Part shown: positions 55,922-64,000 of the stretch, piece by piece
How the letters are laid out: each line of letters opens with the position of its first letter
How positions within the stretch are numbered: position 1 is the stretch's first letter
NCBI GenBank assembly: GCA_049969475.1
Contig: JBMFOU010000003.1
Location: 84,256-148,255, forward strand
Direction: 5' to 3'
Source: Bacteroidales bacterium
GTDB lineage: Bacteria > Bacteroidota > Bacteroidia > Bacteroidales > TTA-H9
Length of the DNA: 64,000 bases
Program-made: the position numbers and the translations under genes
The notes under the pieces: model-generated
The model's database searches: none
What the model was told of the DNA's origin: nothing
Seen by the model: the letters and a program-made list of their open reading frames with translations, nothing else

Positions 55922-58900
55922 TTACTTATTCGTTTTCACAATTTTACGTGAGAAGCTATCAGCCTCTGTGGTAAACCGCAACATGTAAACTCCGGCTGGC
56001 AGCGTGGAAGTGTTAATTACACTACGATAGGTGCCCGCTGAAAGGTTAGATTTTTGTTCGGGGGTGGCTATTACATTCCCAACAATATCCAGAAGATCGA
56101 TTCGTACGGGTGAGTCTTTCGTCAGGGTGAAATGAATATTTAGATAATTATCGAATGGATTGGGCGAAACCACAAACCAGGCCGGTTGCTCTTCCTTGGC
56201 GATACCTGTTACAAGCACATAGATGCTATTACTAGGTTGCGAAGCACAACCGAACTCGCTAGTTACAATGGTGTAATAGGTTCCACTGATGGTTGGCGTA
56301 AAGGTCTGCTGGGTTGCACCAGGGATAGGCCCAATTTCGTTAAACCACTGGTTGCCTTCGGCAACGCTGGATACAAGCATACTTCCCTGTTGTTCAATGA
56401 CCGGGGTTTCGGGCAGGGGGTGCACAACCACCAGGGCTGTTGCCGTAACCGTTGATTGACCATCAAATACTTCAACTGTGAATTCAGTTGTCACCGGAGG
56501 AGTAGCAATGGGTGTAGGACTGGTGGAATCGTTGAGGTATTTGCCAGGATGCCAAACGTAAGTATAATTACCTGTACCCCCCTGAGTAAGCGTACCCAAC
56601 TGGGTAGAGCCACCCATACAGATTTCGGGCGGGAAGGCTGCGGCAATGGTATAAAGATTTCCACCCACGCAGGAAATATTGGCATCCCATCCGGGTTTGG
56701 TGACCACTCCATCCGATTTAAACCGGATGGTTATGGCACCTTCGCTATTGTTTGCAGTGAAAGCAGGCGGAATGGAGGTACCACAATAGGTGCCCACCAG
56801 AGTACTCGTGTTCACCGTTGTTCCATTGTAAATCTGCAGATAATCCCAGCTGCATGTGGAGTTGGGCTCTACATTAAAGCTATTGAAACTAATTTTTACC
56901 TTGGCACCAGGGAATCCGGGATAGAAGGTCATCACATAGTTTTCATTCAGTCCATAGTCATTGTCAGGCCCTCCCGAATCATAAAACCTGGCATTACAAG
57001 CACTCATGCTACCATTGGCCATCAAAACATTCGGGGTGGCGCCAATAACCAGTTGCTTGTTGAAAGGAGCGGTTATTTGACCCTGGCTTCCTGTAGAAAC
57101 TGTATAAATAAATGTAATCGGTGTATTAACTGGTGTTATGATATTGGAGATAACATTGAACACCGCATTCTTGGTAGCGCCAATTCCGATATTATCGAGG
57201 TTTACTGTTGGATTAGTAGCCATGATGTATTGGGAAGCCGCCTGAGGGAACGTCAACTGGCCCACTGAATTAATGGCAACCGCACCACCCGAATTAGTAG
57301 TAGGTATAATCAGATAGGCTGTTTCGCCCGGGTCGAGAATTCCATTGCCGTTGCCCGTCGTGGCGTCGTCAATGACAATATTACCTGCCGAAAGTACGGG
57401 AGCAAAAATCTTTAGGTTTTTGGTAGATAACCAATCGAGGGTATCGCTGGTAAGGGAGAAATTTAAGGGGACGTTGTAGCCATTGGGCACCACCGGATGC
57501 ACAGTAAGGCGGAAAGCATTACGCACCAAAACCGTAGCGTTAGGATTCACACTCTGAACAAAATGCGTGGTATCGGTAAGGGAAATATTAGTGTCGCTCG
57601 AGGCAAGCAGCATATTAATATTCTGGGCAGGCTGCACACCCACATTTTTAAGCGTAATGTTCAAAAATACATCTTCCTCGTAGTCGGCACTGAAGTTGTT
57701 GTTGCCCAATGAGTCGTTCACCGTTACCGATTGCACAACCAGGTAAGGTCCTGTGGCAGGAATGATCTGAATATTACCCAAGTGAGGTTTACGGTTTTGT
57801 TTGATAATAACCAGCTGAGCAGTGCCCGGTGAAGAGAAGGCATTAAAGTTTAAATTGACACTTCCCGTGGGGCCGGCCATGGCAGCAGCTACCAGGTTTC
57901 CTTCATAAGATAGAGCCACGTAAGCATTTTCTTCGGTATTAACCGTCAGGTTGGTCATTCCCATCAAAAGCGTGGGGTCGTAGCTGGCGGCCACAGGTTG
58001 AGGGATACCGTAATAAATCATCAATGAGGGATCGCCCATAAGGCAATAAATTTCCCAATAATAAGTCTTCATGGTAGAGTTAGACTGCTGCACAGCCATG
58101 TTTCCGCCCACCACCATCTGTCCTTGCGTTACATACCAACTCGAAGAAGGTTCTCCATGGTCGTGGAAGGTAACGTCGTAAGCCCCCAGATGATTGGGGT
58201 CGTAGGGAGGATTGGTGACAATATTCTTAAAACCTACTCCCCAATAGAAATCTTCATCCCAATAAGTATTGTTGGTACCTCCGATATAACCGACTGCTCC
58301 TTTGTTGTTGGCTCTGAGCAACTCCTCAGCAAAGCAAGTAGTGTTGAATTGCGACGATTGACAGCAGTTTCCTACCATCAGAGGGTATTTGCTCTGGTTT
58401 TGCAAAGAAGGTATGTTGGAAATAGTGAAGCTGGGATTAGCCCAACCCGAAGGGCTGCAGTGGGCAGTATAATTGGCATATCCAACGCCATTCGAAACGT
58501 TTTGGATAATGTTTTGTGAGTAATTACCCCCGGTAGGTTCAGGTTGCAGGTAAGTATGTGAAAGAATTCCGTGCTGGAGATTGAAATAATAAGTAGTGCC
58601 ATAATTGATCTGTCCGTTGCTCCAGGTCATATGGCTGGCATCTTCTCCGGCCACCATCACGGCTTCTCCCAGGAAGCTTTCATTGGGGAAGAGGTATTGT
58701 TCGTACTCGAGGGTCTTGTTAATCTGAGGTTGTAGTTCGTTCAGGTTATTGGCCGAGAAACGGCCAATGTAAGCTTCGGGCAGGTTGTCGCCGGTGTATT
58801 CCACAAAAGGCAAATCGGTAACATGACTACCTGCCGTACCATTAAAAGCGGGGATCTGAGCCACATCGCCGACCAACAATACAAAGCTTTGCGGATTGTA

Positions 58901-59806
58901 ACCACTGGGTGGATTATTATATAAGCTTGCTAGATAAGCCTTTATGGAAGCGGCTGTATTTCCTACCTGTGGATCGTTGGTGTATTTGGCTATCACGTTA
59001 TAACCCCGCTTGATTTTCCATTGAATAAAAGGCTGCAAAGCCGCCTGGAACATGGGGTCCGAAATGATTACATAGGTTACCGGCACAGAAGTGATCAACT
59101 CGTCGGTGGGCAGCTGCTTATAATTGCCTAGTTGATGATACGTTCCTTCGAAGTAAGGAGAGGCTGTGCGTTTTTTCAGTTCAAGGGTTGCAGCAACATC
59201 GCCTCCATTGAAAGTGATGCGGATATCGGCAGCTACCAGTACCCTTAAACGATTATTCACAGGATTGTATTGTACCGGATAAAACTCAAAATTGGCTATG
59301 TTGACCCCTCTTAAGATGCCGGCTGGCTCGATACGCACCATTTCTTCATAAAGATATTCATTGCGGGCATACACCTCATCATTCTTCACAAATGGAACGG
59401 TAAGGGGATCATCCTGCTTCGATACCGGAGGTTGCGCAGGAATGAGCTGATGCATAATTCCATAGGATGCAAGGTCTATCTCCTTATACTGAGCCGATAA
59501 AACCTTAACTTCAGCTTTGGCTCCCAGAGGCAATTCTATCAGCTTCTTCAAAACAGGCACCTTGGGATATCCAGGGATATTACTGAATCCATAATCGGGA
59601 ACTGAAATTTCGCTGAAATTCCCTATAGGTGTAGAAACATTGTACCACACAAGCTGGTTGAGCACGTTGGTAAACTCAAAGTTTTGATAAGTATTGACCT
59701 TGACAGAAAACCGGTTGTCCGATCCTCCAAGATCAATGGTCTGGGCTCGCACATTACCTGCCAGACCCATCATCAACACGAAAAGAGTAAAAAATCTGGT
59801 CTTCAT
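55922..59806 (-). CDS. Gingipain-like C25 cysteine peptidase with Ig-like repeats, a CUB-like domain and a T9SS type-A sorting domain
   Basis: Dyad context YANYTAHCSPSGW...YPLMVGNCCQSSQF. CUB-like segment CNARFYDSGGPDNDYGLNENYVMTFYPG...CSWDYLQIYNG...GTYCG...ITIRFKSDGVVTKPGWDANISC. The C-terminus VSPNPFDNYLNIHF...GVYMLRFTTEADSFSRKIVKTNK is a type-A CTD. Confidence 0.9.
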   Translation of the reverse strand: MKTRFFTLFVLMMGLAGNVRAQTIDLGGSDNRFSVKVNTYQNFEFTNVLNQLVWYNVSTPIGNFSEISVPDYGFSNIPGYPKVPVLKKLIELPLGAKAEVKVLSAQYKEIDLASYGIMHQLIPAQPPVSKQDDPLTVPFVKNDEVYARNEYLYEEMVRIEPAGILRGVNIANFEFYPVQYNPVNNRLRVLVAADIRITFNGGDVAATLELKKRTASPYFEGTYHQLGNYKQLPTDELITSVPVTYVIISDPMFQAALQPFIQWKIKRGYNVIAKYTNDPQVGNTAASIKAYLASLYNNPPSGYNPQSFVLLVGDVAQIPAFNGTAGSHVTDLPFVEYTGDNLPEAYIGRFSANNLNELQPQINKTLEYEQYLFPNESFLGEAVMVAGEDASHMTWSNGQINYGTTYYFNLQHGILSHTYLQPEPTGGNYSQNIIQNVSNGVGYANYTAHCSPSGWANPSFTISNIPSLQNQSKYPLMVGNCCQSSQFNTTCFAEELLRANNKGAVGYIGGTNNTYWDEDFYWGVGFKNIVTNPPYDPNHLGAYDVTFHDHGEPSSSWYVTQGQMVVGGNMAVQQSNSTMKTYYWEIYCLMGDPSLMIYYGIPQPVAASYDPTLLMGMTNLTVNTEENAYVALSYEGNLVAAAMAGPTGSVNLNFNAFSSPGTAQLVIIKQNRKPHLGNIQIIPATGPYLVVQSVTVNDSLGNNNFSADYEEDVFLNITLKNVGVQPAQNINMLLASSDTNISLTDTTHFVQSVNPNATVLVRNAFRLTVHPVVPNGYNVPLNFSLTSDTLDWLSTKNLKIFAPVLSAGNIVIDDATTGNGNGILDPGETAYLIIPTTNSGGAVAINSVGQLTFPQAASQYIMATNPTVNLDNIGIGATKNAVFNVISNIITPVNTPITFIYTVSTGSQGQITAPFNKQLVIGATPNVLMANGSMSACNARFYDSGGPDNDYGLNENYVMTFYPGFPGAKVKISFNSFNVEPNSTCSWDYLQIYNGTTVNTSTLVGTYCGTSIPPAFTANNSEGAITIRFKSDGVVTKPGWDANISCVGGNLYTIAAAFPPEICMGGSTQLGTLTQGGTGNYTYVWHPGKYLNDSTSPTPIATPPVTTEFTVEVFDGQSTVTATALVVVHPLPETPVIEQQGSMLVSSVAEGNQWFNEIGPIPGATQQTFTPTISGTYYTIVTSEFGCASQPSNSIYVLVTGIAKEEQPAWFVVSPNPFDNYLNIHFTLTKDSPVRIDLLDIVGNVIATPEQKSNLSAGTYRSVINTSTLPAGVYMLRFTTEADSFSRKIVKTNK

Positions 59807-59830
59807 TGGTTAATTTGTTGGAACTGACTG

Positions 59831-59838
59831 CAAAGATA
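59831..59838 (-). promoter_or_regulatory. -7 box candidate for the upstream C25 gene
   Basis: The - strand reads TATCTTTG, 25 nt upstream of the ATG at 59806. Confidence 0.4.
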
Positions 59839-60127
59839 AAACCCTTTGGCAAGGAATGAAGGGAAATGGAAAAATTTCGAAAAGAAAATGCTAAATGGGA
59901 ATAGAGGGCTTATTTTCAACTTGGAAAGCTTAGAGAATTATTTTTCGCCCCAAAAACCCAGACAAGCCCTGAAGGACTACCATTTTACCAGAGAGCATGG
60001 TGATAAACGAGGGGGATGAACTTCTCTCATCAGATGACACAGCGAGAAACAGAAGCTTCCTACGTTTTAATTATTAAAATCTGTTATTCTGGTAGTTAAT
60101 AACACCAGGTGCCTGTAACCTGCTAAA

Positions 60128-61249
60128 TCAGGCGAGGGGCAAAGTAAAGGAGAACGTAGTGCCTTTACCTTCCTCACTTTCTACAAAATAGGCACCGCCT
60201 AACCTGCGGATGAACTCCAGACAAAGGGTTAGCCCAAGGCCTGTTCCTTTTTCCTGTGCTGTACCTCGAGTAGTATAGCTTTCTTTACGTTGAAATATCT
60301 TAATCTGTGCTTCCCTCGACATACCCACGCCTTTGTCTATCACACTTATGAGGACTTTACTTCCTTCTTTGCTGGCTTTTACCCATACAGTATCTCCTGC
60401 CCTAGAAAATTTTATAGCATTGGAAATGAGATTCCTGAGTATGATATTGAGCATGTTACGATCAGCCATCACCATCAGGTCATCAGGCGCTTCGTGCTGC
60501 AATATGATACCCTTATCGTGGGCCAATGTTTCCATTAATGCCAAATTATCTTCGATCATGGGCCCAATAAGAAGGGGTTCAGGACTCATGGTCAGCTCAG
60601 CCTTCTGACTTTTGGCCCAAAACAACAGATTTTCAAGCATATCATAGGTATATCTCAAAGAACGTAACGACTCGTCGATAAGCTCTTTTCTTTCGGTCGG
60701 GGTAAGAGCCTCATCGTCGAGCAAGCGCAAAAGATTGAGAATGTTACTGAGAGGTCCGCGCATATCGTGGCCGATAACAGAAAACAAACGGTCTTTACTC
60801 TCATTGGCAGCCAATAGTTTTTGATTCATGCTTTCCAGCTCCCGATTGAGCCGAAGCAACTCATCGTTCTGCCTTTTCAGGGTCAGATGGGTCTCAATGC
60901 GTGCCAGTACTTCTTCTTTGTGAAAAGGCTTGGTAATATAATCGACACCGCCTACCTGAAATCCTTTAAGTTTATTGGTGGTCTCGGTGAGTGCCGTTAC
61001 AAAAATTACCGGAATAGAAACTGTTTCAGGATTATCTTTAAGCCGCTGGCATACCTCAAATCCATCCATGATGGGCATCATGATGTCGAGCAGGATGAGG
61101 TCGGGCTTATCGATAAGCACACTGGAAAGAGCGGCCTCACCCGATTTGGCGATCGCAGTACGGTAATTCTGCTCTCTCAAAAAATTATTCAGAATCTGCA
61201 GGTTTTTGGGATTATCGTCTACCAGTAATATGTATGGCTGATTATTCAT
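60128..61249 (-). CDS. Response-regulator receiver fused to a histidine kinase (REC-HisKA-HATPase)
   Basis: Intact receiver (ILLVDDNP...LILLDIMMPIMDG...TKPF), H-box GHDMRGPLSNI, N-box NLISNAIKFS, and G-boxes DKGVGM and GTGLGLTL. Confidence 0.88.
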   Translation of the reverse strand: MNNQPYILLVDDNPKNLQILNNFLREQNYRTAIAKSGEAALSSVLIDKPDLILLDIMMPIMDGFEVCQRLKDNPETVSIPVIFVTALTETTNKLKGFQVGGVDYITKPFHKEEVLARIETHLTLKRQNDELLRLNRELESMNQKLLAANESKDRLFSVIGHDMRGPLSNILNLLRLLDDEALTPTERKELIDESLRSLRYTYDMLENLLFWAKSQKAELTMSPEPLLIGPMIEDNLALMETLAHDKGIILQHEAPDDLMVMADRNMLNIILRNLISNAIKFSRAGDTVWVKASKEGSKVLISVIDKGVGMSREAQIKIFQRKESYTTRGTAQEKGTGLGLTLCLEFIRRLGGAYFVESEEGKGTTFSFTLPLA

Positions 61250-62999
61250 GGGCGGTGTTATTTGATAGCAGAGAATTTATTATTTGTTGCAGCATACTCA
61301 GTAACGATTCGAAAGTGTCTATTTCAAAATTATTGAGCAATCGCAAGAGTGTTTTTCCAAAGTTAATAAAACTTTTTAAATTATTTTTAACGGCCCAGTT
61401 GAGGAGCTTGTCTACCAGAAGCTTATCCTTTGCGGGATCATGAAAGCCAGGAATAGGGGATGCCAATTTAAGGATGAGCGACCTAAGTTCTTCTAAAGCC
61501 AAGGTCGTAACTTCTGCCAGGGCCACCCGAAGCATAGTCTCATCCCAGCGTCCCGGCGTTCCTTCCGGAGATAACCATTCGCTGAGCTTTTCAATAAAAT
61601 CCCGAGCCTTCAAGGGTTGATAAAAAATAAAATCAAAGACATTGAGAATCTCAGACCTATTTTCACCAAAGGGCAGCACTCCTATCAGGGGTTTTATTTC
61701 AGCCAGAGGATAAGACCTCAGTTGCAGCAGCAGCTCGCGAAATGACACCAGTTGTAATGAATTTAAGACTACCACCAGGGCATCCACTGAGTTACGATTG
61801 GCATAACTACTGGCCTCAGCGAGAGAGCTCATAGCTATTGGCTCCCCTCCGGCCCATTCAATCCACTCTCGGATCCGCTCCCGGCTTGGGCCCAGTTCAT
61901 CGGCCACAAGAATCTTAAATCCTTTCAGCCCCTGATAGCCTATAGGCAAAGCCTCATCCCCTTCAGTATATTTTTTCGCTGTCATGGTGAAAATAGCCTT
62001 CGTACCCCCTTCCTCTCCGGCCTGGAAAATGAGTTCGCCTCCCAGGGCCCGGGCCATTCCCAAGGCAATTGAAAGCCCCAGCCCCGCACTGGATGTCAGG
62101 GCCATATCCTTTCTGCCCCGATCATATTCTTCAACCCTTTTATTCGTAAAATCAGAAGGAATGCCACTTCCTGTATCGGTTATTATCCAACAAAACTCCA
62201 CCGTATCAACTTTCTCCTTGTCCACCCTCAACTCTACCTTTACGCCTCCTTGAACGGTATATTTGAGGGCATTGGAAATGAGATTAAACAATATTTGCCG
62301 AACACGGCCGGCATCGAACACGAGCAAGGGAGGGATTTTTTCATCCAATACCACCCTGAAATCGAGGTTGCTGCGGCGAGCCTGGGGCAAAAAGAAGAAT
62401 CGCAGGAGTTCGGCAAAATTTTCCATCTCTACAGGAACCGCTTCCTCTACAAATTTTCCGGTAGCAATACGGCCATAATCGAGCACCTGCGTGAGCATAC
62501 TCACCAGCGACTCGCCCGCTCGCAGAATCGCTACAAGATATTCCCTTTGCGCCTCATCATCGGTTTCTTCAAGCATAAGCTCTGTAAAACCTAACATGCT
62601 GTTAAGGGGAGTGCGGAACTCATGAGCCAGTTGCCGAATTAACTTTTCGGCGTTCCAGGCCTGATTTTCCTGCTCTGATGCATTCACACACATTAACCAA
62701 TGCACCTGTTCCACCTCCACCCATTCAAGCACTCTCCACAAAGCACCCTCCGCCTCCAGCATCTGGCCCGAATGGGGCACCCTGCTCTTTCCCAGCTTGA
62801 CTACCTTATCGGCCAGCTCGTTCCAACGGAGTGCTTCCGTATTTCGATAAAGAATATTTTCATCCTTTATGGCAAAAACCGGATACCTGGCTGCATGAAC
62901 AAACCCAACTATTTCTTCGATAAGTGGTAATCCTGTCTTGTCCTCTCCCGTTTTTTTCGATTTTCTGCTGCCCGACATACCCGGAATTCTTTCTTTCAA
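61242..62999 (-). CDS. Cytoplasmic histidine kinase with a C-terminal degenerate receiver-like domain and an unassigned helical tail
   Basis: H-box AHEFRTPLNSM, N-box NLISNALKYT, and G-boxes DTGSGI and GLGLSIALG. A receiver-like region at residues ~361-475 lacks the phospho-acceptor Asp (DALVVVLNSL). It overlaps the next gene by 8 nt. Confidence 0.85.
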   Translation of the reverse strand: MKERIPGMSGSRKSKKTGEDKTGLPLIEEIVGFVHAARYPVFAIKDENILYRNTEALRWNELADKVVKLGKSRVPHSGQMLEAEGALWRVLEWVEVEQVHWLMCVNASEQENQAWNAEKLIRQLAHEFRTPLNSMLGFTELMLEETDDEAQREYLVAILRAGESLVSMLTQVLDYGRIATGKFVEEAVPVEMENFAELLRFFFLPQARRSNLDFRVVLDEKIPPLLVFDAGRVRQILFNLISNALKYTVQGGVKVELRVDKEKVDTVEFCWIITDTGSGIPSDFTNKRVEEYDRGRKDMALTSSAGLGLSIALGMARALGGELIFQAGEEGGTKAIFTMTAKKYTEGDEALPIGYQGLKGFKILVADELGPSRERIREWIEWAGGEPIAMSSLAEASSYANRNSVDALVVVLNSLQLVSFRELLLQLRSYPLAEIKPLIGVLPFGENRSEILNVFDFIFYQPLKARDFIEKLSEWLSPEGTPGRWDETMLRVALAEVTTLALEELRSLILKLASPIPGFHDPAKDKLLVDKLLNWAVKNNLKSFINFGKTLLRLLNNFEIDTFESLLSMLQQIINSLLSNNTAHE

Positions 63000-63045
63000 A
63001 TTTACAACTAATAACTATGGCTTTAACTTATAACCTGGAAAAAAT

Positions 63046-64000
63046 TCACTCCTGCCTGAGATACTGAACGGGCAATGCACGTGCCGCGCGCGAAGCAGGA
63101 ATATAAGCAGCCAAGAAACCAATTATCATTACTATTCCAATAACAAGCACAAAATCGAATAGTTGCATCTGTACTGGATATTCACTAATAACAAAAGAAT
63201 TCCCTGAGGTGGCAATTTTAATCAATCCAAACTTTTGCTGAGCCCAACAGGCCAGGGCTCCCAAACCTTCACCAACCAACCCGCCTACCATGCTGATAAG
63301 CATGCCCTGCATCATAAATATACGCCGGATATGCGTACCCGTAGCTCCCATACTTAGCAAGATGGCGATGTCTTTTTGCTTTTCGATGACCATCATACCG
63401 AGGGTACTAATCAGGGTGAAGGTAGCAACCAGGATAATGAAAGAGAGAATGATGATAATGGCGTATTTTTCCGTTCGCATGATGCGATAGAGCATAGCCT
63501 GCTGTTCGAAACGGTCGGCCACCTTGAAGCTTTCTCCCATGATGGAGGTCACTCCCTTTTTCAGGCGTGTGGCATCGGCCCCGGGTCGAAGATATATCTC
63601 AAGGGACGAAACCTCGCTGGTAAAGTCCCACAAGCGACGGGCTACATCGATAGGCACCATGACATACTTCACATCGAAATCCTGCTGTATACTGAAAATG
63701 CCTGCAACGGGCAGGGCCTGGCGGCGAAAAGCTCCCTCAGCACTCATTCCCGAGGGATTAAACTTTCGGGAGGGGGCATAAATCTCGAGGGGACGAAAAA
63801 TATCGTCAGGATTCAACCCCAGGTAATAGGCTACCCCAGCGCCAGCCAGGGCGTAAGGCCCTGTAGGGTCTTCAAGTGTAAAAGACCCTCTGAGTATTTT
63901 GGGTCCCATCCCCGACCATCGCACGAAGCCGGTATCCACACCTTTCAATACTCCAATATGCTGGCGATCGCCATATCGAAACAGGGCGTTGTCCTCCATT
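63046..64000 (-). CDS. LolC/LolE-type (FtsX-like) permease, 5'-truncated by the window edge
   Basis: C-terminal FtsX TM bundle (ILLSMGATGTHIRRIFMMQG...). The reading frame is open to the window end, and the alignable region corresponds to roughly residue 100 onward of a ~410-aa permease. Confidence 0.8.
   Translation of the reverse strand, partial: MEDNALFRYGDRQHIGVLKGVDTGFVRWSGMGPKILRGSFTLEDPTGPYALAGAGVAYYLGLNPDDIFRPLEIYAPSRKFNPSGMSAEGAFRRQALPVAGIFSIQQDFDVKYVMVPIDVARRLWDFTSEVSSLEIYLRPGADATRLKKGVTSIMGESFKVADRFEQQAMLYRIMRTEKYAIIIILSFIILVATFTLISTLGMMVIEKQKDIAILLSMGATGTHIRRIFMMQGMLISMVGGLVGEGLGALACWAQQKFGLIKIATSGNSFVISEYPVQMQLFDFVLVIGIVMIIGFLAAYIPASRAARALPVQYLRQE

Noticed and set aside
60000-60045. 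A CUGAUGA box on the - strand (60027-60033) that suggested a hammerhead ribozyme core.
   Set aside because: The required downstream stem II closure followed by GAAA, and a properly placed cleavage-site helix, are absent (CTC is followed by GTTTA rather than GAAAC).
1-64000. I scanned for CRISPR arrays, tRNA/rRNA genes, transposases, integrases, prophage or defence-island genes.
   Set aside because: None were found. The intergenic regions are short and are accounted for by promoters and terminators. The only repeat noted is the 31-mer duplication at 29032-29127.

Overview
This is a chromosomal segment from a Bacteroidota genome. The evidence is the short 287-aa RpoD, TAnnTTTG -7 promoter boxes, the SprA type IX secretion (T9SS) translocon, and T9SS C-terminal sorting domains. 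Most of the window is housekeeping: rpoD, pnp, rpsO, a Dcp-like M3 peptidase, panB, an RluA-family synthase, gdhA, mgtA, tyrS, corA, ruvA, sprA, LOG, manA, fbaA, ruvB, queG and two LolC/E-type permeases. I saw no rRNA, tRNA, CRISPR array, transposase, integrase or phage genes. The less ordinary content falls into six groups. (1) A probable operon at 8091-12556 encodes a secreted protein with an HExxH motif, PD40-like repeats and an Omp85-like barrel, then an ECF sigma factor, then a start/stop-overlapped single-pass membrane protein that ends in a T9SS type-B sorting domain. (2) Two tandem gingipain-like C25 peptidase paralogs (51936-59806) carry T9SS type-A sorting domains but different accessory modules (PKD-like versus CUB-like). 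They lie downstream of an output-less pair of histidine-kinase genes (60128-62999). (3) The mgtA leader contains a perfect 11-bp hairpin that sequesters a strong AGGAGG Shine-Dalgarno, plus a 19-codon upstream ORF. (4) An orphan promoter-terminator unit at 72-356 could encode a small RNA. (5) A promoter-bearing 31-mer is duplicated upstream of a membrane protein with a long polybasic tail. (6) A 1103-aa hybrid kinase gene is clearly lower in GC than its neighbours. All functional calls come from reading motifs by eye; no database search was run.
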